From: Takakia lepidozioides
Lineage: Eukaryota; Plantae; Bryophyta
Length of the DNA stretch: 64,000 bases
Direction of reading: 5' to 3'
Assembly (NCBI GenBank): GCA_030704615.1
Contig: CM060733.1
Coordinates: forward strand, 70,556,001-70,620,000
The notes beneath the pieces were generated by a model that saw only the letters and a list, made by a program, of their open reading frames with translations, did no database searches and was not told the DNA's origin. The position numbers and the translations under genes are program-made. The first letter of the stretch is position 1. Every line of letters begins with the position of its first letter. Positions 49,447 through 62,608 of this stretch are shown in pieces.

Positions 49447-52400
49447 TCAATGATTTCCTGAATCCTTGCCCAGGAGTTTGTGCAGCTCGTTCCGGCTCAA
49501 TGTTGGCGCATGAATGTAGTCATCAGCAGTCAAGTTATACTTCAGCCTCTTCAAGTAAACATAATATAGATGCTTGCATGGACAATACGCACCCTTCTTT
49601 GAATCCATCAACAGAAAGTCCACACAACTGCAGGTGGGGATTTCCAAGATTGTAATGGTGTATACCTTGTTGCGTGCAGCTGAGCCTACCGTTGCCATCT
49701 GATAAACACGCCCAAGGTCGAGTGCGGGTACATCCGGGGAGCTCTGAATTGTACAACTCATCCCAAGAGCATTGGCAATCCGAGTGTCATTCATGTTGGT
49801 GGGAGGGCTTCATCTCTTCACTTTTCCCCATTGCTTGTTGGGATGTGCAGAATTGTCCACTCCGTCTCTCCTGGACCTTGTAATGTGCAATGGCTGGGTC
49901 TGAGGAACTGGAAATGGGTGGGCCGGGACGTCTATGCGTTGCACCATTCAAAATCCCGCTGCAATAACAGCATCCGCCTCATTTTGAGAGAGGTTGCAAC
50001 CCGGTGCAATAGGCCAGATAACGGGAGGCTCCAGCATTCCCTGAATCCCGTACTTGGGCTTGCCAAATACGCAATTCATTATGTCGTGCCTACAGAACCA
50101 AAACACCTGCGTTGTGGCTGCAGCAAATCTGGCAGTCAAAAATCTGCCGCTGAAACAAGGTACAAATACATCACTGTGTGGGTTCCTCCTAATCATCTCA
50201 CCGCAGCGTAGTCTGGTATCCACCCGGATGGCGCAACACTTCCCTTGAAATGCTAGCAATGTCCTAGCAATTCTCTACTGTGATTCAGACATTCTTGTCT
50301 CCACAATGGGTATGTTGTATTGCATCACCACAGATGGCTCGGAATGTTCCTCGAGCACGTGCCCTGTGCTAAAAGGAGATGGTAATCTTGAACGTTATGG
50401 GCTTGCGGTGCTGGAAGAGGCGTCGTCCGGCAACATTACGAGACCTCAAGGGAGGGTTTCAATATTCTTGTCAGCTCGCCAGAAATCCTCTTCGCCGCCA
50501 GGTTGGTCGTCAATTCAACGTCTCACTGGACGGGTGCGTACATCTTTTTTCCAGGTGCAAACCTCTTTGAAGCAATGGCGTGTCACGAAGGTTCTCTCGC
50601 AAGGTTGCTGCCCACTTCCAAGGATTCTTGGATCTGGAGGTACTCCGCATCAGCGTTTCTTGTCTGTCCGGCCCCAAGCCCCATTGTTTCCCTTTCAAAA
50701 ACTCGTTGTACCTAGATTGCTGCATGATTGACCTCACAATGTCCTATGTTGTGGCAGTGAGGATATCCACCAGATGCGTCGCAGAGGAGGCACGCCATGA
50801 AGAATGCACTGATTCGGCCATGTTTGTTGTCGGCATATCGGTGTCGGAGTCCAGACACAACACCTGCACCTGCACTTTCTCAGATTAGAAGCAAGTTACA
50901 AAGCATTGACAACCATAATATTGTTGGGGACGTGAAATTGTTCAACTCACCTGCCGCATATACTCGCCGAACTATCCAAAATGATAATGCAACAAAGCAA
51001 GCCAACTGTCCATTGCTCCCTCATCTTCTTTCTTTACAGCACCTGAAGTTGTCCACCAAGCCCGTATACATGCAAACTTTGTCTCTGCATCATCCAAAGT
51101 GGGAGCATTCTTTCATGCAGGAGACACATGGAACGATGGTCTTCTCTGAAAGCTGGCGCCACAAGTTTGAATTTGTAGTGCGACAAGCTCTGTAGAAAAT
51201 AGAATCCACAAGATCTCTTATTTCCTTCCATTGGAACATTTGTGTCTTCCCCGTACACCCTTCGGATTGCAGCCCAATTTGCTTGTGCATTGTCCGCCAT
51301 GAAACCATGGAAATTTGGCGGGGGCAATCCCGCCTTGACCATCTGTTTGTTTATTCCCTGCCCAAGGTGCATCTCCGATTGTGTGTCCTCCCTTTCATCT
51401 CACAAATAGCAATGGTCATTAGCATTCTACAGTGGGGGTCGTAGACATGTGTACCCATTGTCACCCACTCAAGACTTGTAATACGCTTGATGGTCGAGAC
51501 TCGAACATGACCCAACTATTTGACAAGTCTCCACTCGTCATCCGGCGGACCAGATCCACGCCGCTGCCAAGACCACACGTTGACATTTTGAATATGAAAC
51601 AACGGTTTGCCTCACTCCCTTGTCCACATCGTTGCTTGATTGTCGCGGTACTTAGCAAATGGCGGAACAAGGGTACATTACCACGGGAGCAGTAGTGGGT
51701 AGTGTAGTAACCGTGGGCCGTGAACCACGATATCACATGGCCACGTTAGCATCGGCTTTAACCAATAGAGGGAGTAGTGGACCGTTTACCACTATGGCTC
51801 ACGACCACTGCAACGAGCCACTTTTTAGCAAACTTATAGGTTGCGTAGGCAGTTAGACAAACGGTCATTAACGACCGCATACTTGTAACGGCTCTTTCGA
51901 GCATAGTATAAAAAGGCTGCACGCAACTTAGAAGAGAGAGCAATATGAGTATGAGTATCAGTGATCAATGTGTATTCAGTGTGTACTTTTGTGATGATGT
52001 GACGAACTCTGAAGTAAAGCCATGCTATTCGAAGTATCTCTGTGTAGAGTGAATGTGAGATGGAGAGAATGTGCATTATGAGAGAACGTGAGATGGTGAG
52101 AATGTGTATCATCTCAGCATAATTCTTGTTTTGTCTTGACTACCATCTGCTTATCTGAACAAAGAGACTTCAATCCTTTCGACTAAGGTCTGTTATGCCA
52201 AAGAGGCTATAGATTAGGCTTAATCAATATGATTAAGCGGCCTGTAGGGATATGGCTTCATACGACGTTCATAGCTTAGCTATCCTTAAAACGATTACTT
52301 CGTAATTGTTCCTGAAAGCATACCGTCGGACAACCTCTGTTGCATGTCTTAGGAAATGGGCAGTAGTGTTGTTAGCCTGTTTTGCCTAAGTCATAAACCA

Positions 52401-53376
52401 GCGGTTAACAAGTGCACACCAATCTGTATACAAGCTCGCGTGAGGTCTAGCAAAAGGCTACACACGTAGTACTGCTTCGCATTACAAACAGACATGCAAA
52501 CGGGTGGTTCTTTGCAATGCGTGCACTTGAAAGTGGAGTGCGGAACCTTTTCCCGAGCACAAAAGGGTTGAAGAGTTGTGCCTGTCCAATCCGTCTCGTT
52601 CCTGTGTCATTTGGATTTATAGTGGAAGCAGGTCGCGGAGAAGCACCGTAGCATGCCGGCACGCAAAATGTAACGCACCCGGACACCATTGGCAATCTTC
52701 ATGTGCTTGATCTTGTGACGCACCTAGGGTGCCCGTCATGTTTTCTATCCATATCCGTCAACATTCCAGACGCTTTGGAATTGTCCGACAGAGGAGGGAA
52801 CTCAAAAATTGCATTCCCATTGACGTCTGGGGGAAGATGTGTTACCGATTTAATTGTGAACTTGTTGTAGTCCAGCGCAGCCAGCTTGGAGCGGTGTCCC
52901 TCCGTCTGCAGCCCTCGCAGAATATCAAGAATGGATCAAGTTACTGAGCTCGTAGAGGGAATATGACTCCCTCCTCCGCTGATGTCCATTTCGGACCTCC
53001 CAGATTTCCAAGATGATCTTGGAACTTCCATGAACTCGTCTTTGTCAGAAAGGTTGTGCACAACCTGGTTCTCGCCCATCGTCCGCAATTGCGGGGCCTT
53101 TGGATTGAATTCCCTGCTGAACTCTCTACTTGCGGTTCCAACTTTCAGATTCGCGACCTCTTTTGTAGAAGGTGGGAGGAGAGAAACCGCATTTGGGCCC
53201 AAAATGGGTGACCCAACAGCCCGGAAGATGACGGTGTCCAATGGTGGAAGTAGCCATTCCTTGCCGTCGCCTCGATCGTCGTGGAGGACAACAATACTTT
53301 TGACAACAACTCCATTTGAATCCTTCTTTTCCTCCTCCACAAATATTGACCCGGGTTTCAGCTGGAATTGACGCAA
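49447..53376 (-). mobile_element. Degenerate Mutator-like (MULE) transposase gene with C-terminal SWIM finger
   Basis: Manual reading gives WVMF(D)H.KR...WVTMGTHVYDP...LMTIAICEMK; ORF 51034-51372 has FMADNAQANWAAIRRVY...SCGF. SWIM CSCVDF...CPCKHLYY lies at 49447-49794. Confidence 0.7.
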
Positions 53377-54092
53377 AGATATTTCTCTGCAATGACACAG
53401 ATTCCCCCTCTGCTAGGAAATATGGCTATGTTGGGGGAGGACGGCAGTACACTATGGCGCTGGAGTTTGCAGCCATGGGAGACGTGCACAGTGGTCTGCG
53501 AGCATGGCGTTCGGGCAAGTGGCCTGGGAGAAGCAAGGAGGTAGCGAGGCAATGTAATGCAAGGCCAAACTATGTGCGAGCAAGGAAGCAAATCCATGAA
53601 TTCGGCGAGCCCACACTCCAAAAATTCCACTGTCAGAGTTTTCATGAACTTGGTCTCCGAAATGCCCCTGGCCTTTGCGCAATAACTGCCAACAATATGC
53701 AGTCAGAAGGTGGCAGACCTGTGCTATGTAAACTAATAATTGCATTGACTGACGAGAGGCGTGGGGGGACGACCGTGCCAACACCTTGCACATGTACAGA
53801 GGGAATTGAAAGAGACACAGTGACAAAGTTCCATCCGTCCTGGAAATGTGACATTCCGCAGGGTTGGTTCGGGACTGAGTACAAGATTGAGTACTGGACC
53901 CTCTCGTGCAAAAGTCAGCATTCAACATAACTCAACATTGCACAAAAAGTGGAACTTTTGCTCAAAGAAAACTTTTATTCATATAATGAACTGTGACAAG
54001 TATGCATGCAATGCATGCTCAAGTAAGCTTGAAGTATGCAAGCAATCCATGCTCAGGTATCCTCAAAATTCGATGCTGTGTTTGTACTGTTG

Positions 54093-54428
54093 TCACCAAG
54101 AAGCTGGGACCTCGATTGGCCTTTGAACAAGATCATGACTGATTTTGCATCTCCAAGTAAACACAATGGATGCAGTCATTGCCCCCTTGTTGTAGGGGAC
54201 AACAATGTCATGTCCTCCGATATAAGCACCATTGTAAATGGAGATTTTAGGTGTGGAAACTCTGTGTCCGTAGGACTCATCCTTGTAGCTTATGAGAAGT
54301 CCCCATAGACTGTTTGCGAGGGAATCCGCGGAGGCGTGTATGTCAGCCCAATGACATCGTTGTAGGTCCATTGGCAGCAATTCCAACGAACAAAAAGGCC
54401 GTCCGGCTTTTGGGGAACTCCCATGCAT
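54093..54428 (-). pseudogene. Unknown small protein, paralog A
   Basis: KISIYNGAYIGGHDIVV...ASIVFTWR...HDLV.RPIEVP aligns to 55702-56100. Confidence 0.5.
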
Positions 54429-55701
54429 ACGGATACTCCATATTAGTGATTTTCAGGCACCACATCCGCGCAAGGTCGCCCCCGCGAGTGAATCGTAGTA
54501 GCCATCGAGCCACTCAAGAGCCCGTATATTCACCCGCCTCTGCTGGGACTCGTCCACAAAATCCTGTAGGTATATGAAGATATCCCCAGATTTGGGTGTG
54601 AAGTTTCGACCTCGGTAGATGCAATTGTTGGGATCACGGCACGCCATCTTCCTGTAGAGTGAAAGAGCAGGCTACTAACACAAACAGAGTAAGGGGCCTG
54701 GGAGGACAGGAAATGCATGTGGTGGGAATGGTCCTAATGGTCACATTTGGAACGGAGTGGGTGTGGGGGGGTGGGTGGACAAGTCGCAAACCAAAAAGCA
54801 ACATTAATATCCCCTTACCCGGGAATTCGGCGCCGCATTTACATCCTTGTCGGAAAGAGAATGAGAGAGTAGGCCGCACTTTATCATCCCTCTGGATGTA
54901 AATGCGGCACCGCATTTCCATCCAGTGGGGTTGGATGAGACCAACATGGATGGAAATTCGGCTCCGCATTTCCACAAAGCGGGGTGGGTGTAATGGAAAT
55001 GGAAATGGAAATGGCCATGTGGCCTTCACTGTACATCTTTCGACAAGGACTCCCAATGAACTTGGAATGGTATCTATGGGGTGAAAAAAACCTTGAGCAA
55101 TGATTTTTCAAACTCCATATTGAAACCCCAAAGTTCACATTCATTGTCATGGTTCCGGATACAATGGATGTCGACATATCAGCCAACATCTTTACTTGCA
55201 CATCCTACACACTGAAACTCAAACACTGACCATATTGCGGGGGCTGCTATTTCATGAGCCATGAGCCATGAGCGGCATGAGCCATGAGCAGAGTCGTAAG
55301 TGTGGAAAAAAACATGAGCAACACTATTTTCCGGAAATGAGTGTCCGCGGGAATAGGGTTTAGGGTGCCACGGTCATAGGGGGAGAAGGACCTCCCGATG
55401 AAGGAGGTTCGGCAATGTTATTTAGAATTATATATTGAAAGGCAATGTTTCGCGAATGGTAGGGTGGTACTGCTCTGTACAATGGGGGCCCATTTCAGCC
55501 TACCAGCCACTTGCAAAATCCACCCACACTCCCAATCCCAAACGAAATGAGCAATGACGCATTCTCGGAACGATGGACACTGAATAGAATAAAAAGAGGG
55601 CACAATGAGGTTTTTATTGATCCACATGAATTGCATTTGAAGCACGTCTACTGTGCTGATTGTGCAATCAAATCTTTAGCCCTGTGCCTACTGAATACAA
55701 G

Positions 55702-56100
55702 TCACGTTGTCAATGGGACTTCGACTGCTCTCAGAACTAGCTCATGAGTCATGGGGCTCCTCCAGGTAAAGTCGATTGCAGCCGTTGTATCGCCCCTAGT
55801 GATGTTCACCACAATGTCCTGCCCTTCAATCATACCACCATCAAATATGGAAATCTTCACGTTTTCGTCATCCACACCAATGCGAATGTCCCCATACAAT
55901 GGAGAAGAGGAGCGCACTCCTTCAGGAGAATAGGTCTCTCCGATGGAGTCCACCCACGTCCAGTGGCAGCAGTTCCACCGCAACAGCATAGCAGTGCATG
56001 GGTGACCGTCGTAGCTGGGAAAATCGGAATCGAGGATGCGCAGGAGCCACGGACTCCTCAGACCAAGATCGTCACCCCGCTCGAAGGCGTAGTGGCCCAC
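55702..56100 (-). pseudogene. Unknown small protein, paralog B
   Basis: KISIFDGGMIEGQDIVV...AAIDFTWR...HELV.RAVEVP. Confidence 0.5.
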
Positions 56101-56486
56101 ACAAGTGCTACAACTAACTCGTATCTAACACTCACAGATACGAGCTCATCTTTCTCGAGTGATAACGAAGAAGAATACAAGCACAAGCTCATGCGAGCTC
56201 ACAAAGCTGAAGCATAAACTCATGCATATATAACCTCATCACTCAAATACAAGTCAAGCCAAGTGCACCCCACGCCATGGGGAATCCACACTACGGCGCC
56301 ATAGCTAGGCGCGGTCAGGCTCAACTCGAGAAAGATGAGCCTCCCGCGCTTGCCGTGAAGATAACCACTCCAGGGCCTAAATTTGCCTTGACCCCTGGAT
56401 TGACACTTGGGCCAATCCCAAATGTTAATATGTAAAAACTAGCTATGTCCTAGCTAGTTTCACACTAGTGGTAAAATAACTTGACA
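56098..56486 (-). repeat. Truncated chromovirus LTR fragment
   Basis: Homologous to 42685-43060 and ends ...TAACTTGACA. Confidence 0.8.
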
Positions 56487-56796
56487 TACATCACCATTTT
56501 CTTCGGTTGCGGAACCTATTACCGTGAAATTCGGCGCCATTTTTACAGATGTCGGTCGGAATTTCCATGAGCGCAAGAGAAAATATCATGAGCACGGCTC
56601 CCAAAACTTCAATTTCAGCTTCAAACAAAAAATATTATATTATTATTGTTCTGACACATTCCATTAAAATAATGTTTTTAATGTTTTTTAATTCCAAAAT
56701 TTGAACTTCTGCTCATGAAAACCGATTGTCTTATTACTCCGCTCATGCCGCTCATGCTCATGAAATAGCTAACCTCAAGTCTAGCCCCGCGAGAAT

Positions 56797-58080
56797 CCTA
56801 TCCATGATCCTCTGAAACTCTGCAGGAGCATTCTTCAACCCAAACGGTAAGAACCGCCATTGGTACAAATAATCTTTCCCATGCTGGTCAATCCCCCAGA
56901 ATGCCGTCTTCTGCTTGTCAGCCTCTTTGAGTGGCAACTGGTGGTAACCAGATCGGAACTAAATGTACTAAACACCTTCGCATGCCCAATGGCATCAAAG
57001 ATTTCCTCCGGAGTTGGCATGGCATATCATCGGACTTAGTTTAACGATTCACATGGCGGTAATCCCCACACATCCTTCTTTCTGTCCAATTGCCATAGAT
57101 ATCTTTCTTAGCTGGCATCACCGTTGCCGAGTCATACTCCCCGCCTGACAACTCCATCAATCCAGCTTTGAACAACTCCATAGTCTCCGACTAGATCGAA
57201 GACCTCTCCATGTCACTATACCTGTAGGGCCTTCGAAAAATTGGTGTGTCATGCCAAATCAATACGAATCTCCTGGCCCTTCAAACTCTCGAAATCCTTC
57301 AAACCGAAAATAAAGCAATTTCTATAAGCCCTTAGAAATCGTTGGATCCTCAGTCTCTCTCCTCCGGTGACTGTAGGTCCAACATCGGGTTCCCAATGGT
57401 CCTCAGTGATTGCAACCTTGGGTACACTAGCTTGGAGATAGGAGACGCATCTTTTGGTTGCTAGATAGCAACCTCTTGGGCCTTGTCCGCCCACCCTGAC
57501 TGTGGCGTAGCCTCAGTATATGGCTCTCCCCACTCCTCATATTGTTGCTTAAGAGATCCAATGACTCTCTCTTTGCGCATCTCATCCCACATTTGCCATG
57601 GGTGTTTATACCCCATGATCCGGTGCTCGCCCCCACTCACTGCCTCAACCATCCCGGTTGGCAAAGAGGATACAATATCCAATGGAAGTGCAAAAGTAGC
57701 CATCAATGCTTGCAATCTCCGTTGCTCAGCCATGCATAAGCCAATGACCCATGTCAAGCAATTTAGATCCATTGCTTAACCCAACACCTGTCGGCGTGAT
57801 GCCTCTGACAGAGCTGGCACAGCTGTGGTGGCCGTGGCAAACCCCATTGCCCGCTCTCTCTTATCCGCATTGGGCTCCACCAATTGCTGTAGCGCACTAT
57901 CCCAAATCAACCCTGGACCATTGTCTCAAAAAGCATGAGACGAGGGAAAGCCCACAAGTGTAGGCAAGGCCGCACGTGGTTGCCCCACTTGATTAACCAC
58001 CGCCAAAGGTAGACGGTCATCATGTCGCACCCTCTGTGGTTGCCTCCCTTGGTCCAAAATGCCCTCAACCGTGAGATTGA
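56797..58080 (-). mobile_element. Second, diverged DNMT-gypsy copy (DNMT C-terminus, linker, RT N-terminus)
   Basis: MPTPEEIFDAIGHAKVFST; RAYRNCF; MDLNCLTW; EPNAD.RERAMG. Colinear with ~6150-7460. Confidence 0.88.
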
Positions 58081-58265
58081 GCGGAGGCAGAGGGCCAAAT
58101 CGAGTGCCCCAAAAAAACTACTTTCCTATCGTTGAGCTTGTGCTCTTGCAAAAAAAGAATATTATTGGAGACAAGCAAGGAAGAGGCCCAACTAGGAATT
58201 CTACTCCTCTTAGGCACGGATGCTTTGGAGCCTATTCCCTTAATGTTCCATGATGACAATTTCCA
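58080..58265 (-). pseudogene. LINE AP-endonuclease N-terminus fragment
   Basis: SWNIKG...ILFLQEHKL. Confidence 0.65.
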
Positions 58266-58775
58266 ATTCGTGGAGGCAGCAAGAAGAAGTCCATGATTGG
58301 ATCACGATTTGATGGCTGGAAAAGAGTAACTTCAAACATCAGTCGGGGGTCGGCAGGAAGAAGAGATTTGAACCCCGGAGGCGCCAAAACTTCCAAGGAA
58401 CCTACAACCCAAAAGACACACAGTTAGGATGGGAAGAATCAGCAGCATTGGGGTGAACAATATCCTCAATAGAAACAAGATAAAGAGTATTCATAGATAC
58501 TTGGAGAAACTTAGAGATGAAAAACATAGCCTCCCGGATTGAACATGAAGATGGGCAACTCAAGGCAGGCAACGAAGTGAAGATATTGCTCGACCTCATT
58601 TGGTTCTCGACCAAATTGTATAGTAGTTTAGTCATGTTATTTGTAAATATATTTATGAATATATTTTATAGAAAGAATGGAAGAACATACCTCTATGTTT
58701 GATGTGACACTTGTATTTCCTACATATGAATGGATTATAGGGCACCTGCACATCCCGATGGTCCACCAAATGTCC

Positions 58776-59500
58776 TCATGTTTCATAGCCGCGACCAATA
58801 TTATGTCTCCTTCGATATAATGGATATCCATCAGTATCCATGGAGGTCGCTTCTTGAAAGGCCTTTGGATATCGTTTTGTACACCTTGCATCTTTCATGC
58901 ATGGAGATTGGAGGTTTTGTGGTCCACATGGGCCGTGTACGATTGTCTTCAAGATTGTGTTGAAAAGAACGGGATCAAGTTCAGGATCCGGAAACTCTGC
59001 ACAAACGATTCGATCTACTGCTGCTACATCAACCACTTTGTCTTTTGCTGCAAAGAATATAAGAAAGTGCATGTGGGGCAATCCTCGTTTCACATGCGCC
59101 ACAGTTCGTCCAAGTACATTGATTTTCAAGATATCTCGAAGTAGTGCCCTTGACCTCTGCTTGAAAACACGGGCAACCAGATCAGGTCGATGTACTGCGT
59201 TTTGTCCTAGAAATAATGCAATTTTGATCTCAGGCCACTCAGGGTTTGTAGTCATTGTTCCAAATATGTCAGGGTGCTTGAAATAGCGAGTGATGGCCAT
59301 AGAATCTTGAAAGATCTCAAACATATTGCGGGAGCTACCCACGAATGAGGAAGGTAAGATAATCCTACGATCGAGATTTTGAAGTTCTATCTCTTCATTT
59401 GCCTCATTCCCTCCTATATATCCGCAAGACCTTGGTATACGTCAGCTCGTAGTGTCGCCTGGTTCATTTCTACCCATCGCAACCGAGCTTGCTTTGTTGC
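58776..59500 (-). mobile_element. Canonical Helitron Rep fragment, truncated by an LTR insertion
   Basis: RLRWVEMNQATLRADVYQGL; QDSMAI...PDIF.T.T.NP.WPEI; RPDLVARVF; KRGLPHMH (HUH); HGPCG; GYPLYRRR. Confidence 0.9.
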
Positions 59501-59503
59501 AGC

Positions 59504-62470
59504 TGTTAGAGGGCTGTCTGGGTCTTAGACAGTTTTACGGATTCTGTGGGGTACCCTTAATTTTGCGCAGACTTACGGATGGTAGACTCAGACCAACAGA
59601 GGCCTTAGGGGTGGTAGGCGGGCTCACACAGTCTGTCACAACCTGACACCGCTTGTCACAGCCTTACACAGCCTGACACAACCTGACACAGCTTGTCACA
59701 GCTTGTCACAGCCTGACATAGCCTTACACAGCCTATCACAGCCTATCACAGTCTATCACAGCCCAACACAACCCGACACAGTCCGACATAGCCAGTCACA
59801 GCTCGGCACAGTCACAGCCCGACATAGCTTGGCATAGCCCGTCACAACATTCACAGGGAACGGTTAGCATTGATAGGGAACGACTGTGTGGGAACGACAT
59901 CTGCAGAGGGAACGTGCATTCTGTCTTGGATGACAGTTAGTTAGTTAGGCAGTTAGAACAGCTTGCAGGTAGAATAGGCAGAGTAGCGACATGGAGGGGG
60001 TCACTTCTTGGAGCACTTCTTGGTCATCACTTGAGGAGATCAGGCGGAGAGCACGATTTTAGAGCACAGGGATAGAGATTACACAGAGGAGGAGATACAA
60101 CAAGATGATGCTTGATTCATGCAAGCTATAGAGATGCACTGTAGAGCATATTAGAGACACCATGGCTTCGGCCTGATACATGATAGATATTAATATGATT
60201 CCTATTTCATATTCACACCGTGTAGAGAGATATGAGTGAAGCTGTGGAATGAATGCTTGAGTAGTTGGATCATGGTAGATTGCAAAAGCAATCTGATACT
60301 TAAACCTAGATAGTAAGGTAACTTACTGAACATGAATGCAGGAAAGAATAGATATATGAAAGCACCCCATGATACACTAGATGTAGGTCATGACTGATTG
60401 TTCTAAACGGGCTGAGTGCTTAGAGATTTCCAACTCTTCTGTTTTGGAGTTTCCACCTCGGATAGCTAAGGGATGGGTAAATAAAAGCCGCTCGACATTT
60501 GGCGACCATACTGGGGAACTGAGTCAAGAACAACCAGATGTGACAGGCATCTGGTGGGATCATGGTGGATGGAGAATCAAAGAATTTGATGTGAATCAAA
60601 TTCCCTGTGGAACTGAGAAAGAAAGATGGTCCAAACCATTCCTTCAGAGGTTCTTGGAATTGCCAGACGGTTGTAAGGAAAACATTCTTAAGAGAGTGCA
60701 TGATGCTGATCCAGAGTGGGGTCTGGAGAAAGGAGTGATAAAGATTCATCAAGTGGCCTGTAGAGGGAGAGCAAGTTGGTTACCAACACTGGTTTATATG
60801 ATAGCATTGCTATCCATTAAACGAGTTGAGCTTGAAAGCTGGGAGGAATGGAAGGTGAATGTTTACACTCACATGCATGAAGAACTTGTACTGGTAAAGA
60901 ATTGGATTCCTAAGGATATCTTATGGATCAAACTTACACTAAGAACAGCTTTTCAGATGTGCTTGCCATATGGTTATATGGTAATGGAGCCTTCTAGTAT
61001 AGCCAATGGTGCATTAAAGCTTGAAAGAAATCCAGGCATATATGAGAGATACTACAGAAGAGAGTTTTGGTTATTTCCTCATTAAAGATATGGAAGACAT
61101 GGGACATGAGTGATGAAAGGGAAGCTAGACTCCATAGATATTCAACAAAAAGAGAAAGTTATTTGAAAGCTAATTATCCGTATCTCTGGGAGAGAGGAAT
61201 AGACATAGGGGAATCATCTGGACCTCTCACACCATTAAGGCCAGAGAGTACATCACCCATACCGGAAGAACCAGAGTTGGGTGCCACTCCTTCTTATTCT
61301 TTACAAGAAAGATTAAGGGATTTGGTACAGGAAGAAGATCAGCCACGAGGGGAAAGATCTGAGGTACATCCCTGGGTTAAAGATTTGACATAAATCTTTG
61401 ATCAGAGTTGGCATGGAACACCAAGAGCAGGAACTCTAGTTTCTGAAGCACAAGACAAAGAAGGAGAGGAAGATGTGGCTACCAGCCAAGGAATCAGGAT
61501 TATAGGAATAATCCCAGAATAGACCAAGGGTGAGGACCCAATGGTGAGGAACTGTGTTATTATTGTAACCAGGCAGGACATCACAAAGCAGCCTGTCCAT
61601 TCTGGATCAGACACCAGAATGAGATGAGAGCTCCTGTGAATGAGGGCCTAGTAGTGGCAACTCACATGGTTATGCCATGTTTTGTACCAGAAGTAAGTAT
61701 AATGATAGTTATCAGAAGCAAAGCTAAACTTATACCTCCAATGGATGAGGAAGAAGATGTAAATGAAGATGGTAGTGATGTGCCTGAAGATGATGAGGCA
61801 TGGAGAGATGAAAAGGAACTGCACAAGGAAGTGGCTGATACCATAAGGGAAATGGAGAAGGATACTGATATCCCTATGGCAGATTCTTCTGACTCTGAAA
61901 GAGAAGATGAAGAAGGTGAAGATGAAGTGAAGCGATAATGAAGGGGCTTTGGCGGAAGTAATATGCCAATCCAAAGCTGAGATTACAATTGGGCAGCTAT
62001 TGGCTGTGGCACCCCATTGTAGACACAGGTTGTATCAAGCAATCAATCAGATTGCTCATGTGATAGAGAACACAGACCTGAATAGCAAGGTGACAAGTTA
62101 TAATGTGAAGCCTGAAGGGAGAGAAATAGTCATGGACTTTGATGATTCCATGCCAGTAATCCAATTGAGAATTGGAAGCACAGACTTGACTGATGTACTG
62201 ATAGATGGAGGCTCAGGAGTGAATATTATGACAAACCAATTAAGGCAGAAGCTTGGTCTAAGTAACATGAAACCAGCCCCATTCACAGTAACAATGGCAG
62301 ATCAAAGGAGTGTATAGCCATTAGGCTTGATAAGAGGAGTAAAGATATAGATTCAGAAGATGATCTTTAAGATCACAGTGATTGTGTTGAAAATGGATGA
62401 TGTCATGGAAGCTTACTCCTTATTGTTGGGTCGACCATGGCTGAAACAGGCCAGGGTATTCCATGACTGG
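59504..62470 (+). mobile_element. LTR retrotransposon 5' part: LTR, unknown ORFs, aspartic protease (degenerate)
   Basis: Starts TGTTAGAGG, homologous to the 9551-9829 LTR with a CACAGCC microsatellite. VLIDGGSGVNIM...YSLLLGRPWL protease. Confidence 0.8.
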
Positions 62471-62608
62471 AATTCCCAGTTCGTCGATGATCATCCTGAA
62501 ATCATGATCATGAAGAAATTGAGTGCGTTGACGCACTCAGTTCTCCCGGGGGTGGGGGGAGGAGAGGGAACCCAAAAAAATAAAAATAAAATAAATAAAT
62601 AAATAAAA

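Larger units (their letters stand above)
55237..56790. mobile_element. TIR element with CATGAG subterminal repeats and internal captured fragments
   Basis: Left GCGGGGGCTGCTATTTCATGAGC...GCGGCATGAGC is inverted at the right as GCTCATGCCGCTCATGCTCATGAAATAGC[short insert]AGCCCCGC. TSD not resolved. Confidence 0.6.
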
